Positions 14,260 through 29,660 of a stretch of DNA of 64,000 nt are shown piece by piece. A program made the position numbers and the translations under genes. Source of the DNA: Eledone cirrhosa (Eukaryota); the NCBI GenBank assembly GCA_964016885.1, contig OZ024748.1, positions 6,076,001 through 6,140,000 on the forward strand. The letters are read 5' to 3'. A model generated the notes under the pieces. It ran no database searches. It was not told where the DNA came from and saw only the letters and a list, made by a program, of their open reading frames with translations. Position 1 is the stretch's first letter. Each line of letters starts with the position of its first letter.

Positions 14260-14860
14260 GAGACAGATGGGGGAGAGATATATAGAAAAAGAGAGGGGCA
14301 GAGATTGAGGTTTATTGATATACAGAGAGGTATTGAAAGAGAGTACCCCTAGTAGATATAGGAAGGGGGAGAGTTTAATGTTAAATGATAGAGATAGGTC
14401 ATGTAGTAGACATAGAGAGGGGGAGAGTTTGGTGTTCATTAATATAAAGAGGGTGTTTGGAAGAGAGTTCCATGTTAGTAAATATACAGAGGGGGAGAGT
14501 TTGGTGTGAAGTGATATAGAGGGGGTATTGGAAAAGAGATCGGTGCATTAGATATAGAGAGGGGGAGAGTTTGGTGTTAATTTATATAAAGAGGGGTAAT
14601 GGAAGAGAGTTCCGTGTAGTAGATATATAGAGAGGATAGTTTGTTGTTAATTGATATAGAGAGGGGGAATGGAAGAGAGTTCCCTGTATTAAATATAGAA
14701 GCGAGAGAGTTAGGCGTTAATTGATACAGCGAGGGGTAAGGAAGAGAGCGCCATGTAGTAGATCTAGAGAGTGGGAGAGTTTGGTGTTAATTGATATAGA
14801 GAGTGGTAATGGAAGAGAGTTGCGTGGATTAGATAGAGAGAGGGGGAAAGTTTGGATCAC
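14260..14860. repeat. Degenerate ~70-bp purine-rich minisatellite
   Basis: gggagagtttggtgttaattgatatagagagggg...ggaagagagt recurs about every 70 bp. Confidence 0.8.
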
Positions 14861-14960
14861 CAGTCTTGTCTGTTGAGTCTCCAGATTAACAAGGTTTAGC
14901 CATATATATATTAATATATATATATATGTTTGTGTGTGTGTGTGCTTGTGAACTTGATTT

Positions 14961-15642
14961 TGTGTGAATGTATACGTGTGTGAATGTATACGTGTGCGAA
15001 TGTATACGTGTGTGAATGTATACGTGTGTGAATGTATACGTGTGTGAATGTATACGTGTGTGAATGTATACGTGTGTGAATGTATACGTGTGTGAATGTA
15101 TACGTGTGTGAATGTATACGTGGGTGAATGTATACGTGTGTGAATGTATACGTGTGTGAATGTATACGTGTGTGAATGTATACGTGTGTGAATGTATACG
15201 TGTGTCAATGTATACGTGTGTGAATGTATACGTGTGTCAATGTATACGTGTGTGAATGTATACGTGTGTGAATGTATACGTGTGTGAATGTATACGTGTG
15301 TGAATGTATACGTGTGTGAATGTATACGTGTGTGAATGTATACGTGTGTGAATGTATACGTGTGTGAATGTATACGTGTGTGAATGTATACGTGTGTGAA
15401 TGTATACGTGTGTGAAAGTATACGTGTGTGAATGTATACGTGTGTGAATGTATATGTGTGTGAATGTATATGTGTGTGAATGTATACGTGGGTGAATGTA
15501 TACGTGTGTGAATGTATACGTGTGTGAATGTATACGTGTGTGAATGTATACGTGTGTGAATGTATACGTGTGTGAAAGTATACGTGTGTGAATGTATACG
15601 TGTGTGAATGTATACGTGTGTGAATGTATACGTGTGTGAATG
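14961..15642. repeat. 16-bp minisatellite (TGTGAATGTATACGTG)n, about 42 copies
   Basis: Near-perfect tandem array that explains the 322-aa ORF. Confidence 0.97.
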
Positions 15643-15939
15643 TGTGCTTGCCTACGTCTGAGTGTGCATTACCGTGTATGAACAATTATTAGTACGTCTA
15701 CATTTCATTCGCTACAATGATACCCACCTCTGGATTACATAGAATATTATATTCCTTAAAAAGACAACCTTTCCTATTTCCTCTTAGACAAAGCCTGCGA
15801 CTACAATGGTTGCCATATATACTGTGTACTATCGCTTTTACTGACTTGTTCCCCATGTTACCGCGAAACACAGATTAGCATCGACAACACAATTTATGCA
15901 TATAGATACACACACATATATATGTGTGTATCTATATGC

Positions 15940-15990
<51 letters not shown>

Positions 15991-16126
15991 AAAAAGTATG
16001 ACCCCGACGGCAGAGCTCAAGCCGTTTCGACGGCTATTTCTGGATTGTTTCTGTTATATATATATGTGTGTGTGTGTGCGTGTATCAATATATATGAGTA
16101 TCGATATATATGTGTATATATATATA

Positions 16127-16550
16127 GTGTGTCCATGTAGGGGCTCCCAAAGGAGCACTGAGTGCAATGTCAACTCTGGATGTCGGTGAGCATGTCCAGC
16201 TAACCTCAGTCTCCTCTATGTCACTTTTGAGCTGACTTTTGGGATGCTCCCATACAGCTCTGAGTTTTTCATCCTCAGTGTATACTGATTAATGTTCAGA
16301 GCCATCCTCAGCATTCTCGTGTAGCACCCATCCACCATCTGAGTGAGTTTCTTGGTCAGTGTCCAAGTCTCAGACCCATACAGCAGCACAGACTCCACTA
16401 CAGCAATGAAGAGGAAGACCAAGGTTAACGTATGTTGATGCCCTAAGGACAGACACTGGTCTGTTGGAGACGCAGGACATGGCAGCGATAATGATGGACA
16501 GAGACCGCTGGAGAGAACTCGTCCATGGATCTCGGGAATTTTACCCGCCT

Positions 16551-16584
<34 letters not shown>
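16127..16584 (+). mobile_element. RTE-clade LINE 3' fragment with 5' inversion and (TAGA)n tail
   Basis: Minus strand 16414-16127 reads LFIAVVESVLLYGSETWTLTKK...RLAGHAHRH...LLWEPLHGHT. Plus strand 16410-16553 reads RGRPRLTYVDALRTDTGL...DRDRWRELV...stop, followed by (TAGA)n. Confidence 0.9.
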
Positions 16585-17006
16585 TATAACAGTTTGATCT
16601 TGGCATGAAAATTAGCTTCCTGAATTCAGACGTGTTTCAATGTTTCCAGGCCTTCGCCGCTCAAACATCAGGATTAGAAGGGACACACGAATGATCTATT
16701 GGTCTGGAGATTTGCAGTGAATGCTAAGAATCATAAGAAAGTTAGGAAATCTTGCGCCTGGAGATGGAGAATATATAAATACAAGCACAAATAAAGATAC
16801 GTATTAGTTGAATGCTGGTTGTAGTAAGAAAAGAGTCATGATGTTTCAGACATTGATCCCTCATCAGAAGATAGAATGAGAAGGAAAAAATGAAATATTA
16901 ACATATTGAGAGAAAGAAGGAACGCAATTTATTTTTGAAACCACACGTATGTGTTTAGTCAACAAAATATATATATATAAATACATACACACACACAAAC
17001 ACACAT

Positions 17007-17063
<57 letters not shown>

Positions 17064-17093
17064 AACATAAATACACACACAGACACACACATA

Positions 17094-17159
<66 letters not shown>

Positions 17160-17450
17160 AACATAAATATACACACACACACAGACACACACACACATGT
17201 ATATATATATATACATATAAAGTAAAGGCGAAAAATGAATAGACCGGAGTTCAGACGTATGTCTTGCGGGAAGGCGAACTCAGATTAAGAAACAAAAGAA
17301 AAAAAATCACATACCATTTCATTAGTAAGTGCGGTCTCAGAGTTTTGGTTGTCCTTTCATTCTCCACGTACATAATACCTTGGGAAGGAAGACGAGGAAA
17401 CATACTACCTCCAAAAGTATATAGGCTGAACATAATAAAATACACAGCCA

Positions 17451-17504
<54 letters not shown>

Positions 17505-17804
17505 AGAGAGAGAGAGAGAGAGACATATATATATATATATATATTTATATTTATTCTGTATATCTATATCAATGAATTGCATAATATGACATTTACAATA
17601 TAAAGAGTGATTATAATGTAAATTATATTTTTTTGCTATACTTTTGAGGGCGTAATACTATCTTGAAGATATATGTTGTACATTAATATTAATAGGGTGT
17701 AATTTTTGAGAATACATATATAATATATATTATAATGTCTATTTTCCGTCATTATTACTGTCACATTAACTAATGAGAACAGAGTAGTACGGTATGCAAA
17801 ACGT

Positions 17805-17903
<99 letters not shown>

Positions 17904-18458
17904 TAAGGGTATAAGAGATCATGCGGTTTTTTTTACGACATTGTTAATGTCTGGATTGACCCGTTGATGTGTAGGACGGAAGTTTTTTGAAGATGTAACT
18001 CACCTAAATACTTATATATATATATGCCTGAAATATATATGCTTATATATATATATACTTTCCTATGTTTTAACGACAATACAACTTTCTCCGGCTTAGC
18101 CTGTTCCCCCCCTTTTGGAACTTTCCCCCGTTGATGGGCGTAAGCCCGAAATATTGGGATTAAATCTCCACTACGGTAACCCTTCTACCTTTGTTTTGTT
18201 TTCATTTTCGTTTCTCTCAATTTTCACTTTTCTCCTATTTCTCACTCACTTCCTACCTCGAGATTTCCCATCTGCATTGTTGTGTCTTTCTAAACTACAT
18301 ATTTTACACATTTCACAATGCTTCAAGCAAACTTTAACACCCTCTTATATACTTTCATAATTCTTCGGCTCTGTTTAATTACATCGAGCTATACCTTTTA
18401 CTGTCATTTCTATAATACGAAGAGGGTGTTTAACTCCAACACGCTCCAGTATTTTAAT

Positions 18459-18504
<46 letters not shown>

Positions 18505-18510
<6 letters not shown>

Positions 18511-18739
18511 ATAATAATAAATTTGAAGACTAAAATCCAAAGAGGGCTCGATAAGGATAAATATATATCAAATATATAAGAACCGTAGAGCAAAAATTTA
18601 TTAAAATAACAGATTAAAGTTTTAAGCAAAGAATCGCTGCTTTCACCCTTAACGGGATCTTCTGAAACAGAACAGTTTCAGAAGATCCCGTTAAGGGTGA
18701 AAGCAGCGATTCATTGCTTTAACTTTAATCTGTTATTTT

Positions 18740-18745
<6 letters not shown>
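18505..18745. mobile_element. Family C inverted-pair element with two CAGAAGA hammerhead-like motifs
   Basis: 18598-18668 is the reverse complement of about 18674-18743. The plus strand reads AGTTT-CAGAAGA-TCCCgttaaGGGT-GAAA-GCA...TGC-TT. Confidence 0.75.
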
Positions 18746-18820
<75 letters not shown>

Positions 18821-18850
18821 AGAAAAACCACAGACCCTCCATCTCAACTC

Positions 18851-18890
18851 TACTTTTGAAAAGCAGAAGAACTGCGAAACCGGTAAAGGA
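18851..18890 (+). ncRNA. Minimal hammerhead-like motif with U3-A8 core variant
   Basis: TACTT-TTGAAAA-GCAGaagaaCTGC-GAAA-CCGG-TA-AAGGA, with palindromic stem III ACCGGT. Confidence 0.55.
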
Positions 18891-19020
18891 ACCAAATAAA
18901 TATATATATATATTTTAAAAAATAAGACTCCAGTTGTATTTTCGATTTCATCTTATTTTCTCTATACTTTCACTCGTGTAGGACACCTTGGTTATTTTTC
19001 ATTTTGTAAAAAAACCTCAC

Positions 19021-19061
<41 letters not shown>

Positions 19062-19062
<1 letters not shown>

Positions 19063-19576
19063 GTTATTCCTGGTTGAATCGGAGGTAACCACAGTAAGTA
19101 AGGTACTCAATACATTGCAGGGTATAACAGTTTTAATATAGATGAGATTCTACAGGACTAGAACTGTTTCATTCTTTAGAAATCATCAGGAATCTGGGTA
19201 TCAAAAAATAAGTATGGTATTTATAGGTCTCTTCAAGTGGGAGGAGAGGGTAGGGAGTGGGATGGGTGTCGGTCATTGGTTGATAGAAAAGGGAACTCAT
19301 TAAAAGCTAATTCTTCAAAGCTATAGTTTATTTTAATTTTAACTTGTTTATAGAATTCTTTCTGCCTTTTTTACTCTAAAAATTAAAATAAACTATAGCT
19401 TTGAAGAATTAGCTTTTAATGAATTCCCTTTTCTATCAACCAATGACCGACACCCATCCCACTCCCTACCCTCTCCTACCACTTGAAGAGACCTATAAAT
19501 ACCATACTTATTTTTTGATACCCAGATTCCTGATGATTTCTAAAGAATGAAACAGTTCTAGTCCTGTATAATCTCA

Positions 19577-19582
<6 letters not shown>
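19062..19582. mobile_element. Family D Penelope-like terminal element with a ~204-bp inverted repeat and two hammerheads
   Basis: Arms 19137-19340 and 19379-19582 are near-perfect reverse complements, flanked by (TA)n. Hammerheads lie at 19145-19195 (-) and 19524-19574 (+). Confidence 0.85.
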
Positions 19583-19648
<66 letters not shown>

Positions 19649-20263
19649 AATATATATATATAAACTAATTCTACATCTTGCCAGGCTTGAATGGTCAATT
19701 AGATGTTGCGTCTACACGGCCTTCTCTATGTATATATATATATATATATATGTATATAAATATATATATATATATATTTATATATATACATGTATATATA
19801 CATATATATGAAGGAGTGTGTAGAGGTATATAACGTATATAATATTGAAAACAATACCTAAAAGGCATCAATAGCTTAAGTTATGACTAGCTATAATTTT
19901 TGTAGAGTATATACAATTATGCTTTTATTTATATATACATATATATATGTATATATATATATATATATATATACTGTATATACACACATATATGCGTGCC
20001 ACTGTGTGCATGTGTATGCGTGTGTGTGTCAATGCGGTATATCATCTCCCGTAGAGTGAATTCGTGAGGAGACGAGACGGTATTGGGTTGCTAAAATATT
20101 TTCTAAAGAATCAGAAAAATATTTGGCTGACGAAAAACGTTAACTATAACCAAGGGAGTACACTATTTGTGGATTAGTTATGGTAGGTGCCAATCTTAGA
20201 TTAATGGTCCTCTACTTTAATACTATTTCATGACATGCTCGTAGAGACTCTCACATACATATC

Positions 20264-20309
<46 letters not shown>

Positions 20310-20417
20310 GAGAGGTATAGAGATTGTTTTAGCGAGAAGCTAACAGCATTCTATAACATATATGCGACTATAACGTCAAGATGGGAAAAGTAGTTAACGT
20401 AAGAATTAGGAAAAGTA

Positions 20418-20490
<73 letters not shown>

Positions 20491-20600
20491 GGTGTGTGTG
20501 TGTTTGTGTGTATAATATGTATATATATATATATTTATTCATACACACGTATATATATATATATATATATATATAATGTGGAGAGGAAGCACACGAGTTA

Positions 20601-21906
<1,306 letters not shown>

Positions 21907-22277
21907 CACACATATATATATATATATATATACATTGTTATATTTGGGGAGGGTCATATTGCTATAATATTTTCAGAAATAATAATAGAACACACTCACA
22001 GTTTGGTTTGGGTTGTGAGTGTGTTCTGTTATTATTTCTGGAAATATTATATCAATATGACCCTCCCCAAAATATAATATTTGATTTAACAAACGATTTC
22101 ATATCAAAAACCTTGCAAAACAAATATATATATATAATAATAATAATAAGAAGAAGAAGAAGAAGAATAATAATAGCGCAAGGTCTTCAAGATGTTTTTA
22201 ATTAAACATACAGTATATCGCCAGATATACTATACATACATTCATGTATACATCGCTATTTCAAGACACCAATCCTA

Positions 22278-22386
<109 letters not shown>

Positions 22387-23397
22387 ATTATTAAATAAAT
22401 AAATAAATGCACTTGTTAATTAATAAATAAATTAACTAATACAAAGTAAAATATTTTGTTTTAAACATTTTCTAACCCAGAAAAAAGAGAAAAAAAATAA
22501 AGGAAAAAAAAAAAGTTTCCTTCCTAATAATGTCCCTGGTCATTTCATACGAATGAAACAGTTCTACTCCTGTATATCGATATATAATATATATATATAT
22601 CCAAAATTATTGTGCAGCTAGAAGTATGTATTACTCCACCTTAAATAGGTGAGAAAAACAAATTCAATCAGCATTTCAAAAGATTTTCTTTACTTTATTT
22701 TTTACTTTCTTTAACTTTATTGTTGTCTGACTTTTCTAAGAAAAGGATGTACAGTCGATTAAATCAAATCAGACATTTGAATTTCAGAAAACGTAAACAA
22801 CCCCCAGTTTTATGGAGCTGAAGGTCACGCGGTTATTGAACTTAGAATAGCTTTTTTATTAATTAAATTCGGGTGAATAACATTTTAAGATCAAAAATAT
22901 CGCAAGAAAGTTTCTTTTATAGATATATATATATATATATTTTTTTTTTATATGTGGACGCAATGTGACTGATTGGTCGTAGTGTTCGATTTCCAATCAT
23001 TTTACCCCGGGTGCGATCCTACTACGTGAGCTCTCTAGCAAGTGTCGTTTACGATAGCCACATGTAGACTCAGCTTCTTTGAGAAAATCTTAATAGATTG
23101 GTTATTCAATAGAATATTGGAGAGAATATGTTTGAGTAATTAGTTTTTTTTTTTTTATATTCTGAGGTCGAGGACAGTTTGTTGTTGCTTTGATGTCTCT
23201 AGCGAATGTCCTAATATTTAAGTTCGGATAAAAGATTCTCAGTCAAGACACTGAATGTCGGTGTTGGACTCCATCAATGTTGTATAATGTCACCTCTCTT
23301 GTTCATAATTTTCGGGATTGATATACGCAACCAAGTTGGAAGCGTATATACATACATACATACATACATACATGTGTGAGTGTTTGTCTGTGTGTGT

Positions 23398-23462
<65 letters not shown>

Positions 23463-23482
23463 TGTCTGTCTGTCTGTCTGTA

Positions 23483-23521
<39 letters not shown>

Positions 23522-24599
23522 GTCTGTATGTGTGTGTGTCTATGTGTGTGTCTGTGTGCGTCTGTGTGATCATTTTGGCTCTCTTTCTAATATAATCCGC
23601 TATTTAAAACATTTTGTATAAGGTGTTATGTGATTCATCTGTCCACCCTCGGTCAGCGCATTTGATGGGTTCTTTGATCTGGGTGGATTTGGGGGTTAAA
23701 CAACAGCAAAAAGATCAACAATAAAACAACAACTACAAATCTGTCTGCATATGATCATGCCCCTTCTCTCCTCTCATCTCTCTATCTCACTCCCAGACAT
23801 ATTGTCAAATAATAAGCCATATGGATGGACGCAAATATTGTCACACTCTCATATATCTAGCTTCTAATCTATACACATATATACAAACATTTATACAATT
23901 ACATACTCACAATTACATACACCCACGCACACAAACTCACACACACACACACACACACACAAAATCACACACACATATACACACTCTCACATACACACAC
24001 ATCCACTCACTCACAGACAGACAAAAACATCAATGTCTCATATCGTTACTTTCTTTGAAATTTTAAGTGTACCCTTTTTTTGCTTGTGATTTTTTTGATT
24101 TTTTTGTGTGTGTGTGTATATTTTGTTGTTGGTTTTGTTGTTATTGTTGCTGTTGTTGAATTTCTGTTGCGTTTGAAGTAAGTTGGCATTCGTGTAAACA
24201 AGGTGAGGTGTCAGTTTGTTTTTATGTCGGTCTACCTGTATGGGTGTGCTGAGGTACAGATGTCTGTCTGGAGAAGGATTGACTGTGTGGGTGGATACGT
24301 GAAATTGAACAGTGCATATTGCTAGATGGGAGGAGTAGTATAATGTCTGAGTCGGTTCTTGTAACCTTAAAAAAAACACCAAATTCACCCAAACCCTGTC
24401 AAGTTGATCTGGGTGCAAACATGCTGATAGTAAACAACAGGGACGTTACTTCAGACAACTCTTCGAATACACACACACCATATACTTGTCTGTGTGTCTG
24501 TGTGTGTCTGTGTCTGTGAATATATATATATATATATACATGTAAGTGTGAGTGTGTGTATGTATATATATTATATATATTTACACACACACACTCACT

Positions 24600-24691
<92 letters not shown>

Positions 24692-24696
24692 AGGGG

Positions 24697-24805
24697 GAGA
24701 AATGGCTTCTACAGGAATAGAACTGTTTCATTCGGGAGAAATCATCTGCTAGGTATTCAGGAGCTTACTTACTGTGGTTACCCCCGATTGAACCCGGGAT
24801 AAACA
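24697..24805. mobile_element. Family D mini-element (inverted hammerhead fragment plus terminus); similar copies at 8350-8450, 25765-25940, 29663-29805 and 61038-61143
   Basis: ctacaggaatagaactgtttcattcgggagaaatcatc followed by ttacttactgtggttacccccgattgaacccgggataa, next to (TA)n. Confidence 0.75.
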
Positions 24806-25455
24806 TATATATATATAAATTACACAATAATCAAAGCTATGTTCAAATCATGTCCAATATTGCTGACAATCGTTTCTTCCAAACTTTCGTTTGGAATCAT
24901 CGGAGCACTAACAATGTTTGTACATATAATTAACCTCCTATTCAAGTGAACAATCATCTAGATACATGGATATTAATGCTGTCAACAACAGTTTCGTATT
25001 TACAGAGGGGAATGGATGCGACATAGATTACAAGAGACTTGTACAATAATTAAAATTAAAAATTAAAAATTAAAAAGCCACAGAGTGGAATGCATGCGAT
25101 AGAGATTACATGCATATTTCATTCGTATAAAACCCTTCTTCCCTTCAAACTACTGACTGTACCCCTAAAGTAGAAAACATTTTTAATCCCATCATTATTT
25201 TTTTTCTCTCTTCAAATACCATTCTGATCTTTATATTAATAATGGAGTTGATACACAGGATATATTATATAGAAGCTGTTGTTGATATTGTCGTATGTAA
25301 TGATATATTTGTTAAAATAATACCAGCTGATTCTATTTAATATTGTTCTGTGTTACAGTCCCATGGGGCTTGAATTTTGCCTTACATTTCTACGTACCAA
25401 TAAATATAAAATAAAATTAAATACCAGCCAAACGCTGTGATTAATAGATACACAC

Positions 25456-25497
<42 letters not shown>

Positions 25498-25561
25498 GCG
25501 CTCTCTCTCTCTCTATCGCTCTCTCTCTCTCTCTCACTCTCTCTCTCTCTCTCTCTTTCTC

Positions 25562-25609
<48 letters not shown>

Positions 25610-25992
25610 GTGTGTGTCTGTGTCTGTGATTAAATGTGAAATTTGAAAATTGAATTAGACGTATCTGTGGTGCCACTTAACTATAGACTATAGTCTAATA
25701 TCGGGGAATAAGAACCCTTGAATGGAACAAAACCCTTCTAATTCAATATATATCAAGTTTAATATGGAAATCGCTTCTTCAAGACTAGAACTGTTTCATT
25801 CAAAAGAAATTACAAGACTTTCCTTACGATTTATTTTAAATGAAATAGTAGAAACTATTTCTATATTAAACTTGGTGCTTATACTCTACTAATCTATTGA
25901 GTATCTTACAAACTGTTGTTACCTCCGATTGAACCCGGGACTCTCTCTCTCTCTCTCTCTATCTTTCTCTCTCTATCTCTCTCACACACACC

Positions 25993-26068
<76 letters not shown>

Positions 26069-26926
26069 CGTGTGTCTTTCTGTGTATACGTGATACTTTA
26101 ACTCGGTTAATATCAATAACACTCAAGAAGCATTGATCAACCCGAAGCCACAACAGAAGACCATTGTCCAATGTGTTACAGTTTAATTGCACTGAAAACT
26201 AAGTGAGTGCGTATATTTCCCACATATTGACACCTGCTAAAGGACACACACCCATATTTTATTTTATTGCATTTAATATGTTTTGTTTTTTTTATTTAAT
26301 TTTTAAATTCTTTCAAAGAACCCATTGAGAGTTATATGTTCATTTCATCTCAAAATTACATTTTAATGGTATTTAAATTGAAAATATCTATTGATTTGGT
26401 GAAGAGGGAATTTTGCTCGGTTGACGCTAAACAAAAAAATATACAGCCTTTTTCTTCTTTTTCTTCTTTTTCTTTCTTGATCTAAGAAATAACAAGCTCC
26501 AAGTGAGAATATGTAGTAAGAGGGAAAATTGATTGTGTCTAGGTCTGAATCTCGTTCAAATACGTACTTATGGAAAAAATAAAAGTTGAAGTTAATATCG
26601 TCAAACCAGCCGAGGTACTGTCCTTCACAGGTGTGACATAATTGTAACAAAAGAAACTGTTTCATATAATTAGTAGAAGTGTGGTTTATGGGGCATAAAG
26701 TCTACATCTTTGCCTTGTATTGTCCACTTAGGTTGCGGTGACACTAGCAGAGGGAAATCATTTTTTTTTTTGTTCGTGTCTTAATTCCTTGCTTTGATAT
26801 TTTTTTTTTCTCATACATTTTAGCGGTCAGTAAAGATACTCAGTTGTAGCAAACATTGTTTCTACTCCAATCCAGGATCTCAACATCTTCCGATGGTTAA
26901 AAATTGTTATATATATATATATATAT

Positions 26927-27113
26927 AATTGTTTCTACTTTAGGCACAAGGCCAGCAATTACCCAGTGCATTACTGGTACTTTATTTTATCGACCCCGTA
27001 AGGATGAAAGGCAAAGTCAACCTCGGCGGGATTTGAACTCAGATCGCAAATGGACGTAACTATGCTGGAAAGCATGGCGTCCGACCCTCTACTGATACTG
27101 CCAATCCACCACC
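26927..27113 (-). mobile_element. SINE family A copy
   Basis: Near full-length reverse complement of family A. Confidence 0.88.
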
Positions 27114-27160
27114 CTTATATATATATATATATATCATGTATAATAAACAATACAATATAA

Positions 27161-27235
27161 TTACCTCATTACCAGAGGTTTCCCGAATAAGACGAATACA
27201 AGAAACGTCCTCATTCGTTCGTCAGACAAGGCAAT
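27161..27235 (-). ncRNA. Type-I hammerhead ribozyme motif
   Basis: TTGCCTTGT-CTGACGA-aCGAATGAGGACG...CGTCTTATTCGg-GAAA-CCtctGG-TA-ATGAGGTAA. Stem I is 9 bp and the cleavage triplet is GUA. Confidence 0.75.
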
Positions 27236-27283
27236 TTAAAACATAGTGAAATATTTAAAAAATCTCCTCAAGAAAGGCAAAAG

Positions 27284-27332
<49 letters not shown>

Positions 27333-27605
27333 GCGGTGTGTGTTGCGGTTTGAAATGAATCTTCGTAGGGAAAAAACTTAGATATTTCTTTATGTGAATG
27401 AGATCATTTGAGCAGGCGGTGGAGTCGATAGAGTGTGTCGAGAGGTTGCTGAGAGGGAGTCGAGAGGGTGATAATAGGGTATATGTATAGACAGTTGAAG
27501 GATCGACCACTTGTAACTAATTATATATCTTGTCATTAACCCTCTACTGTCACCCACCTTAACAATGGCAATAATTAAGTCCCAATGTTCCATTCCATCA
27601 AGCAG

Positions 27606-27661
<56 letters not shown>

Positions 27662-27665
<4 letters not shown>

Positions 27666-27965
27666 TTAACATGTGGTATCTCTCTCCACAAAGTTCGATC
27701 AACAACAGCAGAATTTAAAGAGCAAAGATCAAGTCCAGTCCATAAGTTAACATTGTCGAGCCATCGTTTTGACTGCCGACCTCTGCTTCTCCTTACTGCC
27801 AACCTTCCTTCCAGGAATATATAATACCTTTCGATCACCAACAGCAGAGTTTAAAGAGCAAAGATCAATTCTAGTCCATTGGTTGACATTGTCAAGCCAT
27901 CGTTTTGGCTGCCGGCCTTTGCTTCTTTTACCAGCCAACCCCTCTTCCATACATAACCTACTCAC
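27662..27965 (-). mobile_element. LINE (RTE-like) ORF2 3'-end fragment, tandemly duplicated
   Basis: Two units encode EG.LA.KRS.GRQ.KRWLDNV..WT..DLCSLNSAV.DR. Confidence 0.75.
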
Positions 27966-28746
27966 ACCACGAGTTGATCTCGTCGGGGCAGATGTTTAGT
28001 CGATTTTATCGTTGGGGCCGGTACTTTCCTTACATTTTTTTCTGTATGCTATAAGGATAAAGAAAAAATAGTGAAACACTTAATAGGATCTGAACTCATA
28101 ACATATAGAATTGGAATAAGAACTGCGAAGCAGAAGAAACAGATGCTACGTATAAATAATAAAAATAATTCAAAAAATAAAATCGATAAAATAAAATAAC
28201 AATAATAGAACAACAAATGAACCCAAAAAAAAACAAAAACACATAATCCAAAAACGAAATAAAGAAAATTTAAATAAAACTAGAAAAATAAATGGATAAA
28301 TCTATAGATAAAATACTGAACTAAATAATACTAAATAAATGATAGGTTAAATGCTGAAAAGGTTAAACAAACAACAAAGAACCGAACAAGCAAAGTTAGT
28401 GGAAAGTGGAAAATAGGTTTTGGAGACATTTATAACGAGGTGATAAAATGGAGAGTCATTCAATATCACTGTCTTTGATTTTTGTTAAGGACAAAGACAT
28501 GTATACATGCTATAGGTGCTATATAGCATATGTATAGAACAAAAGAAATATTGACGCTAAATCAGGCATGCATGCATATATGCACAAACACACACACATA
28601 CACGTAACATTCTGCATTTATGGCAACATATGCATAATAGGAGAGGATATATATGTATATATGTATTTATATGTGTGTATGTATATATATATATATATGA
28701 TATATACATATATATATGTATATGTATATGTATATATATATTTGTT

Positions 28747-28789
<43 letters not shown>

Positions 28790-28804
28790 ATAAATATATA
28801 TGTA

Positions 28805-28862
<58 letters not shown>

Positions 28863-29128
28863 CATATGTATATGTGCATATGTATATACACATAAATATA
28901 TATGCTGTGTGTGTGTGCGTGCGCGTGTTCTTTTATGTGTCTGAGAGAGAGTGTGGATGTGTGTGCCATGATGTATGTTTATATGTGTATATATATATAT
29001 ATATAGGTGCAGATATAGCTGAGTCATAAAACTGTTTCTACGCGATTCCGCGTTCGATCCCAGGGTACACCGCGTTAAACAAGTGTTTTCTGCCCTAGCT
29101 TTCAGTTAAGTATTACCCTGTCAGTAAA

Positions 29129-29252
<124 letters not shown>

Positions 29253-29471
29253 TGGGAGAGAGACCCTTATTATTTTATTTTCAATTTTATTTAAATTTCT
29301 TTTAGTTTCTTGTCGTTTTTCCTTTTTTATTAACTCTTTACTCTACATTCTGAACTATGTTATTCCTGATGAAGGGCAAATGCCCAAGACGTTGACTCTT
29401 TAAATCTCTTTCTCTTCAAACTAATATGACATTATGTTAATGCATCATCTTGTTTGTTTGCTTCTTGCATT

Positions 29472-29516
<45 letters not shown>

Positions 29517-29522
<6 letters not shown>

Positions 29523-29660
29523 TGACCGACCAGTCTGTCGGGCATCCATTCGGCGCCGCTGGTCACAGCCCGCCGCCCATTCCTCTCTGGATCTTGCTTT
29601 CCTTATCCATGTAGTCCCAATCGTATTCTTCACCTCGTGGAGGCCTTCCGAGTGGTCGTT
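29517..29660 (-). mobile_element. RTE-like LINE extreme 3' fragment
   Basis: GC-rich insert reading RPLGRPP...GTTWIRKARSREEW on the minus strand, ending at (TA)n. Confidence 0.6.

Noticed and set aside
14717-15685. 322-aa His/Thr-rich ORF
   Set aside because: Almost entirely produced by the 16-bp minisatellite.
18145-18160. Hammerhead-like GGGCgtaaGCCC-GAAA motif around 18125-18160
   Set aside because: The core is incomplete (TTGAT directly followed by the stem), so it is at best a decayed copy and was not counted.
26363-26665. 100-aa non-repetitive ORF
   Set aside because: No recognisable motif or supporting splice structure; compatible with chance or a decayed element.
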